A stretch of DNA of 48,654 nucleotides, counting the filler, from Bipalium vagum (lineage: Eukaryota), in NCBI GenBank assembly GCA_037834085.1. It is 3 parts of 3 records of this genome, joined end to end, with 100 filler letters (N's around TTAATTAATTAA, not from the genome) between each part and the next. Parts side by side here need not be neighbours in the genome. Positions count along the whole stretch, not along the records: positions 15,749 to 31,801 come from JBBMKC010129658.1; positions 31,902 to 48,654 come from JBBMKC010095666.1; 1 more part is not named here. One strand, 5' to 3'. The notes beneath the pieces were generated by a model. The model was given only the letters and a program-made list of their open reading frames with translations, had not been told where the DNA came from and made no database searches. The position numbers and the translations under genes were made by a program. Numbering within the stretch: position 1 is the stretch's first letter; the number at the start of each line of letters is the position of its first letter. Below, in pieces: positions 23,688 through 36,690 of this stretch.

Positions 23688-24009
23688 TTATTTTTTTGTC
23701 TAAATCTGTAACTTTTCTCACATTTATTTATTTTACTAATTATTTTTATTAATTGTTTTTCAAGTCGAATCATGTCGTTATTAACACTACTTTTCCTAAT
23801 CATTCAAAATGCTTATTTTGGTTCTTAAAATGTGCTGAACTAAATGTCTTCATATATTAGTTTTATATTATATGTAAATAATTTTAAATTATATACATTT
23901 GAATGTAATGAACAATAACTTTTATTTTTCAAATAAACGCTTAACAAAAAATTCTGAACTAGCAAAATGTTATTTATAATACTATTTTGATATATGTTTG
24001 ATCTTTTCA

Positions 24010-24420
24010 TTCAGATCTTCATTAGTTAATTTTAATATAACTTCTCAATTATCAATATCATAATTTCTATGAATTTTCTTCATTATCATTGGATAAAATT
24101 TTAAAAATATTAAATCAATATTTTTAAAATTCAAATTTTATTTTATTTTACAAAAAATTCTGGAAACTTATTTTCTAAAAAAAGTTGCAATTTTTTCAAA
24201 ATATTTATTAAAGAAAATATTGATCATCCATTGATTTCTGCTTTCTTTATTTTGTGAATTAATTTCTGGTTTCAAGTTTTTTATTAATAATAATTCACAG
24301 ATATTTCTTTTTTTGTCATCACTACACAAAATTCATTTTCATTCGTATATTTTTTGCTGCCTTTATTTGCAGTCATCACTGTGATCGAACACTTTATTTG
24401 TTCTGTTTTTGGTAATGCTT
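24010..24420 (+). repeat. Local duplication copy A (non-coding 3' flank)
   Basis: Shares blocks such as CATTGATTTCTGCTTT, GAATTAATTTCTGGTTTCAA and ATCGAACACTTTATTTGTTCT, in the same order, with 25375-25757. Confidence 0.85.
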
Positions 24421-24479
24421 GCTACAAAATACTTATTATGGACAGAATCTCTCTTCGTACAATAAAGCTTTACAAATTC

Positions 24480-25235
24480 ACATCGGTCATAATGTAACGG
24501 AAACTGTTGAGAATTCTAACAAAATTTGGGGAAATGGTACTATATATTCTATATATGGTAATATATTCATTGGAATCAGAAAAATGTACACGATTAATAG
24601 ATATTTTTATAATATTTCTTGTAAAATATCTTTTAGTTAAAGATGAGTGATTATTTGCTTTCATTTTTTTTTCAATAAAAAGTATGGAATTCTCAGAGTT
24701 TTATAAAATCCCCTACTCCATAACTGTTGAAGCAGCCCCCGGCATGTATGGATAGACCTTGTCCCATAACTAGTTGGTTAAAGGCAGGGTATCACTTTTC
24801 CAATGTGTTTCTTCGAATCAATTATTTATTTGATGACAAGTGTGACTGAAAGAAACACTCGTCGCTTAATACCAAATCTCCCCATTTATCTGCATCCCAA
24901 GAACTGTGGGTCTTGACCAAGGAATGTCTTCTGAGACGTTGATGCATTTTCAAATACGGTTTTTTCTTCAGAATTTTCTGTACGATACTAGTAGATACAG
25001 TTTGAACAGAACTTGTATTGTACATACGATAATATTATGAACAGCTAATAAGCGATTGGCTTTGCAAATTCGTCTTATAGCTCGTGAAGCTTGGGGTGAA
25101 ACAATAGTTGGTCTGCCATTTCTCATCTAATCAAACACGGATCAGTTTTTCAGATATTTCTTCCAAACATATTGCATGCATTTTCATAAGACACAAAGTC
25201 CATTAATGGATAATTTCCTGTTTTCATTCTAATAC
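24480..25235 (-). mobile_element. Tc1-family transposase relic
   Basis: GRPTIVSPQASRAIRRICKANRLL, KKPYL..H..RL, HSSW...W..LVLSDECFF; deleted and decayed. Confidence 0.75.
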
Positions 25236-25244
25236 TAAGGTAGT

Positions 25245-25757
25245 GCGTTATCGTATTTAGAATTTATTTCTAGTTCAAATTAGAACCATAATTATATTTT
25301 GAAGTTGAAGGAAATTGAATGGAAGTTAGTTTTCATCCAAATAAGGATAACTTGGAGAATTTTCAAAGCCCGTTCAGGTTCTTCTTCTGTAAATTTTTTT
25401 TATCATTATCTATTAATTTTCTTCATTGTTATTTGATAAAAGTAAAACAGAATTTTAACATATTTTTTATATACAAAATTATTTTTATATATTTTTCAAA
25501 GATTTCTAAACATTTTCATCTTTAAAATAATTAAAGAAAACATCGGTCATTCATTGATTTCTGCTTTTTGCATTTTATGAATTAATTTCTGGTTTCAATT
25601 TTTTAATTAGTAATCGTCGTAGATTTTTTTTTTCGTCATTATCAACGTTACTTATCACTACACAAAAAATTCATTTTTATTCACGTTTGTTCTTGTCTTT
25701 CTGTGCAGCCAACATTGTTATCGAACACTTTATTTGTTCTACTTCTTTGAGAATGCT
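25245..25757 (+). pseudogene. Decayed tandem duplicate of the 22612-23687 gene (internal fragment) fused to duplicated 3' flank
   Basis: Reads VIVFRIYF*FKLEP*LYFEVEGN*MEVSFHPNKDNLENFQSP, then jumps to sequence homologous to ~24010-24420. Confidence 0.85.
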
Positions 25758-27102
25758 CCCTAATTCAAGTTTTGAGGTGTGCTTTTTTAGCCAATTTTGA
25801 AAAAGAATAAAATTAATTAAATATTAATTTATGCATATAGAAATTATAAGTCTTTTTTTATTGAATTACGAAATTTATGTGAAGGTTGATTTCCTTATTA
25901 ACTAAAAATTAATTTAGAAAATAAAATAAATTAAAATAAAATTGTTATGAATAGAAAAGCAAAAGAAAAAATAATGAATTAATTGAAATCAGAAAACTGT
26001 CTATGATTAATATGTAAAGATGACTGATTCTGGGTTTTCGTCAGCTTCCAATTAAAGGTTAAAAATTCTCATCAGTAGAGAGAGAAAGCTTCTCTTGAAG
26101 TCAAATAAAAATGAAATATGAGATATTAAATCCATTATTACATTTTATAAAATAAATAAATTGGTTGAATACCATACACTTGATCACTAAATGAAGTACA
26201 GTTATTTATGGAATATAGTTATATTATGAGAAGTAAAAAATGTTGAGATTTTATGGTACAGAAGTGAACTTGTAATCCTTATTACCTTAATAGTTAAATT
26301 TAAATATAAAACGTAGTTAAAATTAAGTTTATTAATTTTCAAATTATAGTTAATATATTCATTCAAAACACTGTAATATATTAATGGAAATGAGTTAATG
26401 GAAATTGAAATTCCTCTTATCTTTTAAAGAATTATATACAAATTTATACTTCTTAAAATAGTTTTTTAATTGTGGATGTCCTAAAGAAAAAGAGAAGGCT
26501 GGGCTCAAAATCAATCAATCAATCAACCAATACTAATAAAATAAGGAAAACATTAAAAACATTTAAGATATTATAAAATTTCATTTTATGATCAATATAT
26601 TCGTTTTGAATTCATCTAATTTTGTATTTGAAAATTCTTTTTTTAATTAATATAAAATAAATGTTATATAATCGCTCATAATAATGAAATTATTTTAAAA
26701 ATTAAAATCTAAATAATAATAACATGATGCGAATTTTAATTAAGTTTAGAAGTGCAAGAACCCATGCTATGGAATCTAACACCTTGTATCACTGCAAAAT
26801 AAAAATTAAATTTCACATTTATGAGTACGTCACATATTTGAGAAATATAAACACAAAATGAAAGAATTTTACCATCATATATTAAAGGAATAATACTAGC
26901 AATAATATTAATAAATAGTAATATTAATATTAAAAAATAAAAATTTACTTTATGAAATACATAGGCATAAAATCCATAAATTATTTTAAAAACTCATCAA
27001 ATGTCATAAATTCCAAAAGAAATGGAATATCAGTATTAAATGACAGATTAAGAAAATAAAAAATAAATACAATACGTCTAATTTATAATTATAAAAAACA
27101 AC

Positions 27103-27167
<65 letters not shown>
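27103..27167. repeat. (AAT)n microsatellite
   Basis: Directly visible. Confidence 0.95.
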
Positions 27168-27169
<2 letters not shown>

Positions 27170-29313
27170 TAATTAAAGAATTTTATCATAAATTCTTAGA
27201 ACCAATAGAATTTTATTAAACATTGAAAATTTTTAATGAATTTTATAAATTTAAAAGAATTTTATTAAAAATTCTAAAATACAGAAGACGAATATAAATG
27301 AACAGTCAATTAATTAATTTGCAGAACCAGAATATCATTTCTCGTTTCTGCCTTTGTTAAGAATTAAAGCCTCCAATATCGTTTTGTTTTATTTCTTGCA
27401 ATCACAGTCAGGTGAACTGGCTCGTTGTTTCCTTCAATGACGTCTACAAACTTCCTAGTGTAGGTTGAGTTTTCTTTGAATAATCATTGTCGTTTTGATC
27501 ATTTGATCAATTTAATCATTTACTGATAAACATTAATTTGTTAAAAACCTTGTAAACATATTTTATTATAAATATAGATTTTATTATATACATAGCAAGT
27601 CTTTTTCTTCATTTATTAGAGTGATTAGTCCACTACTGTAATTTAGGAGGCAGATATCTGTGAACTACTAATTAATAAACAACGCATCCATCAGTCATTC
27701 ATTAAAACGTCAATACAATCATGTTTAATCTTTTTTTCATCTAGAGTAAGTTAAATTTTTTGAAATAATATCTGGAAATTTTTATTTTTCCTGCATTCTT
27801 AAAAAATTCATTTGGTAGGGTTTTTCTTTTTGGAGTTCACTGAATTTTTTTCATAGAATTGGATCTTGAATATCGTGTAATAATTAAATAGGAATAAAAG
27901 TTAAATTATTTCTATATTTTCTGCATATCTTCAATCTTTTGAAAGCTATTCTATATCTTATTTTATTGTTGATTGATTACCTCACCTTGAATCTGGTTTG
28001 TGGATTGAAAAAAATCGGTAAACTTTTATTTCACTAAATTCATTTATCATTTATTTTTTTATAATGTCTACAAATTAAAATCTCTCGACTAAGCTTGGTA
28101 TGTTTTGTTAAAATAATTAAAATGATTTTAAATGTAATTTTCCTCTTGTAAATTTTTTAAAAATTAATTTTCAACTTTTTTCATTGTCTTAAACTTAAAC
28201 TGGTTTATATCAGGAACACAGTCGAAATTTTTAAATTTTGTGGAAAAAAGTTTCTCTACTAACGACAAAAAATTCTCTTAATTTTTTGACTTATTAAATT
28301 TTTAGTTTTAATTGATAAATTTTCTACAGACAATTTTCATATTATTACACATAACCTGAAAGAGAAAAATATTCACAATTTAACTTTTCGAAAAGTAAAT
28401 CAATATTGAAAAAAACTTTGGCTAATGAAATTTTCCAAGAATATTACCTTTAATAAAACAAGGTCTGACATGGTTGAATAAAATTCTCCAACTTAATCAA
28501 ACTTAAAACTTAATCTGACTCTAAAATATAACTTTGCTGTTCTCGTTACTCCATGCACAAATAATAATTGTCTAAAATACTTTAGTAATCACACTACTAG
28601 AATATCAAAAAATTCTTCAAATTTTCAATAGGCATCTCAATTGTATGTGATATTTCAACCGTAGATAACTAATAAAATAAATAATAAATAATAAATAAAA
28701 TAAATATATAACCGTTTTAATACTAACAAAGAAAAGTAAGAAGAAACAATATTATTTTACCCTCTTTTATTTTTGGTTCCTACTGTCAATCATCATTTGT
28801 CAATCTCGCTCAGGACATAAATACAATCCTTGATACAATACCTAACTGTGCTATCAGAGACTTAGACAAAATATAAATCCACTCTTTCTTTTCTAGAAGC
28901 TGCAAAAGTAATCCAATTAATAGTTTTGTTTACTTCTCAAAACTAATTTATTACCATAAATCTTTGACATATTACTACAAGGCTCATTAACTCTACCCTT
29001 TCCAGTTCTTTTCTTAATTTATCATTAATTAATCAATCATGATATTCTAACCATTCTTTCTATAAATTTGCTTCATTATATTTTAGAAATTTCTATAAGA
29101 TTATTAAAAATAATCTTCATCTTTAATTTTTTTTATTACCTCTCTTTGGTCTTTTGAAATAATAATATTCTTAAAAATCTCAATCACAAAATATAAATAA
29201 TTATAAGAAAAATACTAATAATTTTAAAATATTAAATTAATTATTTAATCGACCAATTTGATTAATTTACGAATACAGAAAATCAATAAATTCAAAATTG
29301 TTGACATTTTATC

Positions 29314-29892
29314 ATGAATGATCGCATTATATTTGAACCCAGTGGTCTTCAGAGAGATTCGAGAATTTATAACATAGAATGTGATTTGGACTTTTATCCT
29401 CCAATAGATGTCATTGATAAGATCATGGTAGACTTTGTCATGTATCGAATAAGTGTCAGAGGGTTCCCGGACTTGAGAATATTCCCTGGAAAAGTTGGAC
29501 GAACGAAATACCATCCAATCACAAATGAAATATTGAACAAATTAACAGATAAGGCTGGTGAGTTTGAAAGACAGTACAATCCGCGTTTTGAAAATCGGAA
29601 AAGTCTGCTGGAAAAGATTCCCGAAAGAGCTTTTCTGGACTTCATAGATACACTACACGGAATATTCGAAGATAATCAAATCAACTGGGGTCGAATAATT
29701 GGGTATTTTGCCTTTGTTGGCTCATATTGTACTGCATGCATCGAACATGGCATTGTGAGAATTGTGTATAACCTTGTGGAGTACGCTGTCAAGTATATGA
29801 ATACAAATCTCAGCAGATGGATATTAAGCAGTGGCGGATGGCGAGGTCTATCATTAGCGCTGTCAACCGAATCGTTTGAACTGAGATTCTGA
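29314..29892 (+). CDS. Bcl-2 family protein, 192 aa, single coding exon, no C-terminal TM anchor
   Basis: BH4-like DKIMVDFVMYRI, BH3-like LTDKAGEFERQY, BH1 IFEDNQINWGRIIGYFAFVG and BH2 LSRWILSSGGWRG. Confidence 0.9.
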   Translation: MNDRIIFEPSGLQRDSRIYNIECDLDFYPPIDVIDKIMVDFVMYRISVRGFPDLRIFPGKVGRTKYHPITNEILNKLTDKAGEFERQYNPRFENRKSLLEKIPERAFLDFIDTLHGIFEDNQINWGRIIGYFAFVGSYCTACIEHGIVRIVYNLVEYAVKYMNTNLSRWILSSGGWRGLSLALSTESFELRF

Positions 29893-30149
29893 CTTTTGAC
29901 ATCTACTTTGAGAAATATTTCATTAATTAATGTAGAAATTATTTTAAATAATATCTAATATATCTTTTCTCTCATATTTCTCTTCCTAAATATTCTAAAT
30001 AAATAAAAAAAGTTCGTACCGTTTTTTATGTGTAATTATTAACTAATGATAAATGACCTTAAAAAAATTTTTAAATGATGCATAAAATTTGATTTAATAT
30101 ATTATTCTCTTTTTTCAAAACAAGTTTAAATTTATCGATTGTAATGAGT

Positions 30150-30755
30150 GTTTTTGTGTTCCCATCTGAAACTTCATGAAACCATATCATTCCTGGATTA
30201 CGAGGTTCTTATGAGAAATAAATATAAAAAATAACAAACGAACTCATCTTTTGTTGGCAGTATAGAATATGACATCGCATATTCCAAGGATAGTCAAAGA
30301 TCATGCTCTACAAATGGTGGAATGTTAGTGGTATCATTCACCATAAACTTCTAGACAAATTTCAGACAGAAATTGCTGGCTTGTATCTACAACAGCTGGA
30401 ACGTGAAAAAGATAAGCTTCTTCCAAACCAACCGGTCCTTATGCACAAAAATAAGAAAGTTTCGCCCCATAATAATGAAAGACTATTCACTGAAAAAGTC
30501 CAGATGAAAGCACTCGCATTACAACTGGAAGACTTCTCATATTTTCGATAATCTCCCAATATTTCTTTAAATAATTACAATCTACTTTTATATTATATAT
30601 TAATATAAGCAATTATTTCATAATAGAGAAGAGATTGAATTGGAGATTGGTAATTATTTGCTTTTAAAGATTTTTCAATTCTATTAAAATCGATCTATAA
30701 ACTATTACTTCGTTAGACAAACATGATGAATTATGATGGAGATTATTTTATAATT
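30150..30755 (+). mobile_element. mariner transposase relic (C-terminal half)
   Basis: MLYKWWNVSGIIHHKLL..QT..GLYLQQLER..HNNERL matches the MLCVWW..GII..ELL..Y..QL..HDNARP pattern. Confidence 0.75.
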
Positions 30756-30897
30756 AGCTACATTTGTTACTGTTACATGGTCTTTCAAAATATTTAATTT
30801 TCTATTTACAAATATATTTTGAAACTGTTTCAAAAATATTTTATTGACCTTTTACAAATATTTCATAATAACAATAACAACAGCCACATATTTCCAC

Positions 30898-31420
30898 TTA
30901 TACCCGACAAAGGACATCAATCTGGTTCAATAGCGGTCTATAAGGAAACAGGAAATGTAGCCTGTGGCCATTATTTTTAATATCTCGTCGCTTATGAAAG
31001 GCAACATTATTACATACAATTATCTTTTCTAGTATATTTTTATGTTTTCGATTATTTATCAATCTATCCATGTGATTATCAAGTTTGTTGGAATTATACA
31101 CTTTATCTCTAATTTCATACCATATAATATCATGTCCACTGAAATTGCTGAACAAATAAAATACCTTTTTCTTCATATACTAGTAACTACTTTTCTGGCA
31201 CTATAGCCCACAGGTGTTCTGCCATAACTCTTTGAATTACTTACTCCCATCTCGTCAATTAACATCATTTTCGTAATCTATTATTTTCCTTAAATAATCA
31301 AATGTGACACATCTAAAGTTTCTTCTTACAGGAACCAATGAAATCCTTTTAAAACTGTACTCAAAGCTATGAACTCTTCTGTGCAAAGTAGACATTGACA
31401 AGTTTAGAAACATTTTAAAA
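30898..31420 (-). mobile_element. IS630/Tc1-like (DDE_3) transposase relic
   Basis: LIDEMG..YGRTPVG, CNNVAFHK and HFLFPYRPLLNQID. Confidence 0.7.
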
Positions 31421-31801
31421 ATCTTTTGAAACATAAACAGAAAGGAAAAGACAAAGTTTTTTTCTTTAATCTTCTTCAGGTATTATATTTATTTTCTTTT
31501 TTATTTTTTTATATTTCATTTTATTTATCTATTTTATTAATTTCGGTGTTTTTAATAAACCGAACAATTTATAAAACTGTATTAATATGCTTATATTTTG
31601 TCTTTAAAATTGTCTAATTATAAATAATTATTTCTCTTAATTTTTAAGAGCATTTAGGGGACCACAGGTTATGTAGCATAAAATCAATATTATTATTCTG
31701 AAAGAAGAAAAAGAATAAAAATCTTTTATTTTACCATGCCAATGAGTTTTAGCACAAAATATAGCAATAAGACATCAATTTGAAAACGTTTATGAATATC
31801 A

Positions 31802-31901
31802 NNNNNNNNNNNNNNNNNNNNNNNNNNNNNNNNNNNNNNNNNNNNTTAATTAATTAANNNNNNNNNNNNNNNNNNNNNNNNNNNNNNNNNNNNNNNNNNN
31901 N
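31802..31901. other. Assembly linker (44N + TTAATTAATTAA + 44N)
   Basis: Identical to the linker at 15649. Confidence 0.97.
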
Positions 31902-32925
31902 CCATACTCGCCTCAGCTACAATTCGCAAATACTGTATCATTCTTTATAAGAACCATTATAGATCGGGACGATTGATTTTTCAAGTACTCATGCATAACG
32001 ATATATATTTAAGTGATTATTTACGCAACATGAGGCGGTTTATAGAAAAGCCTTGTCGAGACAATAATTTATTTAGTGTACATTTCCATTAATATATTTC
32101 TGAATATTTTTCTATATATTTCTGCATAACACTGTAAATAATGCAAAAAGTGCAAAAAGGAATTTGGTTGTTCTAGTTATAATACTTTTTAATCAGGGTA
32201 ATTTTTTCAGTTTAATTAATTCGAAATAATTTTATTTATTAATTTCCATTTATTTAATTGGAAATTCTCTTTATTATATAATTTTTATTCATTTGTATTA
32301 TCATATTAATTTCTTTAATGTTCTCTAATTATTATTATTAAAAAATTCTTTCAGAATTTTAGGGTAAATATTAAAAGATTAGTTTTAATTAATTAGAATT
32401 CAATGTGTACAGCCTTTATTGACAAACTTGTTTATATTGAAAAATTTAGTGATGGTTTATAGGAAGAGTTTTTAAAATTTATTTTCCATAATAATTATTA
32501 TCAATTATACTTTTAACCTTGGAATAATGCCTCATTTTGTCGGGAACCTTTTAATATATGATATTATTTTTTAACTACTTAGTGCATTTAAATATGCAAT
32601 TATTTTCAGAATTACTTACCTTAAATTTTGTTACACCTTTTAATAAAGTGAAAAGATGTCTTTAAAATTATAATAAAAACTATATCTACTAGGTCATTAC
32701 AGAAGTGCTATTGTTTTTACTAATACTTTAAAAATAAAATATTTAAGATAGTGAAGATTCTTGAGTGAATATTCTTCACTTTCCATAAGGAGTCTACATT
32801 TACAAACAAGATTTTCTATTCGCAATTTACATTATAATTTTATATTTTCGCTGTGAATCATCCTCATTTAATTTCCGTAATAAATCCTCTGTCTCCAGAA
32901 GGATATCAGGAGAGTAGGCGGTCAT

Positions 32926-33460
32926 TCAAATTGAAATTTCTTTCTCTAAATCTGCAAGGTAATGCTGACATGTTCTGATGTGCAAAAATAAATAAATATA
33001 GAGAGAATAAAAAACGGTATTAATACTTGTAGTCCTTTTTCCTTTATGGAATTTATAAAGAACGCAATTCCGAACATGGTCTCTCGTCGGATGATCATTC
33101 ATAATCTTGGAACCAATTTGCTTGATCGTCCAGAGGACAAAAGGAGTTTTAAAAAGTCTAATCCAGGGCGGATTTTTAATTTGTAGGCTGAGGATGAAAT
33201 GAAAGGAAAAGAACAAAACATATATCCAGGAATTTAGATATGGCGATTTCGACATCACCATGATCAGCAATGATTCTTTGATTCAAATGCCTAAAAATAG
33301 GTAATATGTGGGAGATAAATCTGGTGAATAAGGATGGTGTGGTATAATTTCAACGTTTACGTCTTTCAGCTTTTGCAATGCCTTTTTTACCACATGTGCT
33401 CGTGTATTGTCATTCAACAGGATGACTGCTTTTCCATTGATCAGTGACGGTTGTTTAATT
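32926..33460 (-). mobile_element. Scrambled mariner fragments
   Basis: VILLNDNTRAH..HHPYSPDLSPTYYLF (33290-33430) and an N-terminal piece HVRNCVLYKFHKG (33030-33100). Confidence 0.7.
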
Positions 33461-33854
33461 TACTTACTATTTATTATTTTTTAAATCGCCTAATTAAAAA
33501 ATACAAGTTACTGCTCACCAGACTATTACATTTATGATGAAAATGAAATCATTATGGATTGATATTATTCCCCTAAAATTTTGAGAATCTTCTTCATTTA
33601 TAAATATAACGATGTTGATAGACGTAAATATTTATTTTCGTCCTATTAAGAAAATTGAGTTTATCTGCTCCAACTGATTCAGATAATTTGATTTATTTAA
33701 AAGCCAAGCTTCCCTATTAAAAATAATTCAACTTTATTTACCAAACCTCGTCTTACTGATTTTAAACGTTCGTCTAATATACATTAAATAATGTTTAAAA
33801 TTTATTTCTCTTTTACGTTTCTTAACCTTTGACCCCTTTAAATATTGACTATAG

Positions 33855-34495
33855 TGTAGGTGAATCAAAGAAGAGAGAAGACGCCAAGACACTACCTGGT
33901 AAAAATTTTATGCTCAATATTACTTATCAATTATAAAATCCCGTCTTGATTGGTAAATTTTCTTTTTCAACAAACAGATATCATCATTATTCTTTCGTAA
34001 AAGGATACACTATCAGACTAATATAGGCTAGTTTGTGGGAAACCTATGAAACCAATTATCCACAGAGGATTTTACTTTGATTTCTGCTTCATCCGGCAGG
34101 AATCAAATTAAATGTTTCTAGTCGAATGACAGAAAAGTTCCTCGACTTTATGTTAGAATGGATAATGTGATATAGACTCAAAATAATTATATGTTCTTTT
34201 GATTTAAATGATTTTTATTAAAATCGTTCCTCTCCTCATTAATCACATATTTAATAAGACCTCATATATATGGGTGGGAGATAATTAAAAATTATACCCA
34301 AGAATGATTTTTGGGAAAGCAATTAATCGAAATACATATCACATTCTGAGTTTCAGACGAAATCAATAAAAATAAATAAATATTATATCCGAAAAATCAA
34401 TAGAACTTATATTGACTATTGGTAAGAATAAATGAAAATAGAAATAATATAATTTAATAAAAATTTTTTATGTGAGTTAGTTCTTCTTTACTACA
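33855..34495 (-). mobile_element. LTR-like module adjoining the Gypsy relic
   Basis: TGTAG...CTACA ends, a hairpin TTGATTTCTGC/GCAGGAATCAA and a TATA-like tract at ~34265. It sits where the 3' LTR of the minus-strand Gypsy would be. Confidence 0.4.
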
Positions 34496-34559
34496 CATTG
34501 AAAATACGTCAGACTTATAAAAAGTATTTATTCAAACAAAACATAATTACGTAACACTA

Positions 34560-36330
34560 ATTATTGCCTTGAAGATTTATTGATCATCAAGTTTGGACAT
34601 CGCACATAGACTCACTAGTTTGCTAAAACTGTCAATAATAATAAGTTTTGTTCGCTACTTGATAAGAGCAGCAAGTCCTCGATAACATTCAAGCTATTTC
34701 TCAAAGGATAGAAACTGTTATTCTTCAATTCTTCAGGGTATTCTCTCCTCCCTTCTGAAAGACATTGAATAAATCCAGATATCAGTTTATCGGCCTTCTG
34801 TTCGCTTCTTATTCTTTTCAATTGAGGGGTGACATTATGAAGGGCACTAATGTTGGCTTCTCAATCTTGACTTGTTCATGCTTCGTTTGGCATTCAGAGC
34901 ATACCACATGGGAAATTCTGGATAGGCCATCAGCGTTACAATCTTGGCCTTTTCTGTACCTCAATTCAAAATTATATTCTGATAGATTGGCTAGTCAAGT
35001 TTAAAACTGTGGACTAATTGGGATTTTCGTGGTATTCATAAAAACCAAAGCTTTATGATCCATTCTCACAATGAATTGTTTCGTGGTGTTTGTGCAATAG
35101 GTGGGCCGGTGACGATTATATCATGTTTAACCAATCTGGTGTGCCCAATATCAAATAAATGGGTCATGAATATTTTCCAATATTGTAATAATACATTAAG
35201 CAATGGTATAATGGTTTGATAATTGAATGCCATTATTACTTGATTTCTCTTATCTATGTCAGATATTTTCTTAATCAAGTCTGATGACTCAATATTATTT
35301 ACCACACACAATTGAATTCCAAAATTCTTCATAATGTCGAAACCTCTAATAAAGTCTGGATACAGCTTCCTCACGACAATAATATCAACTTCGAACTCAT
35401 TTCCCTTTTAAGAGATATTTGATTTGAACGATCCAAGTTGTCTTTCTTCTCCAGACGAAAATATGAAACTTAACAATATTTTTCTTTCCACTAGATGTGG
35501 ATTTTGAAGTTTGTTCCAACAATTTTCGTTCATAACAGTAACTGAGACTCCGGAATCCCACAACATTTTGATCTTCATCTAACACCACTGTCTGCAATCC
35601 GCTCTCTCAAACATCTCGACATCTGGCATATTCCGATTTTGTGATGATCCTAATGGTTCAACCCCACAGACGAAATGCGAACAATGAGGTTGTTTTCATC
35701 ATTTTATTCATAAGCATCGTCTTGGTTTTGTGAATCATCTTATACTTCCTCTTGAATACACATCACGGATCTTCTTGGAATTCTCGGATTTTAATTCAAT
35801 ATCAGGCATGAACGGAAAAGGTACCCGACTTTTCCACAGATCAGACATTTCTTTTTCAGTGGACAATGCTTTGCATATATTCGTCACCACCGCAGCAAAA
35901 ACATTGATTCGACCGCAGATATTGGTACTGGAATACCTTTACATCTGTTGTAAAATCATCTGGCTATATTCTTGGCTGAAAATTGTGGAGCTTCTAGTTG
36001 CTCTGAATATTTTGGTTTATCTTATCGACTTTTTTGTCTTCTAAATCCGTCATCTCTTCGATATTTTTTCTGTGCTTTTTTAATTAAGGAACAGGTGTCA
36101 GATTTGTTCTTTGAGTAACTCGATTGTGCGCAGATGTATCAAAATGTTTGGCTGAAATTCTTTGGGAAAATTTCTTTGAACTGTTTCTGCATAGCTTCTT
36201 TGTCTCACGACATTGACTTGAAGTTCCTTCTTCTTATCCATTTTTGATTCCCGTGTTTCATATAGTTTGGCCATAGTTCTGATATCTTCGGCTTTGGCGT
36301 TCTGGATATCTGAAAACTGTCGATGAAGTC
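34560..36330 (-). mobile_element. Ty3/Gypsy gag-pol relic with the RT core deleted
   Basis: Gag zinc-knuckle remnants (CFVCG), protease LWDSGVSVTVM and DFIRGFDIM, pre-RT DIGHTRLVKHDIIVTGPPIAQTP joined directly to the RNase H tail KQFIVRMDHKAL..LSEYNFELRYRKGQDCNADGLSR. Confidence 0.85.
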
Positions 36331-36489
36331 ATACAAAGATTAAAAATAATTTTTTGTGTGGCCTTTGCTTTACGTATTGGAAATATAAAAAATATTTAGT
36401 TGCGTTGAATAAAAAACCTTATTAGTCATTATACTCACCTAGAAACATGCTTCATTTACACTTTTTATTACATTCTGAATTGTCATTGG

Positions 36490-36690
36490 ATACAGAAGAT
36501 TATCGTCCACGACCAACTTTATCTTGAATATCTTCATCTCTAAAACCAGTGTTGAGCTCTACGTTCACTAGTAGTACCTTCTCAAAATATGCTGTTCAGA
36601 TCTTGAGCAGTTTATGCAGCATTACCACCCATTTTGTATTCATAAAGGAACACTGATCTAATTTACATGTCGTTCATATCGTTTTCAAAT
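36490..36690 (-). mobile_element. mariner N-terminal relic
   Basis: IRSVFLYEYKMGGNAA*TAQDLNSIF*EGTTSERRAQHWF. Confidence 0.7.

Noticed and set aside
29245-29645. Minus-strand ORFs overlapping Bcl-2
   Set aside because: Antisense shadows with no independent evidence.
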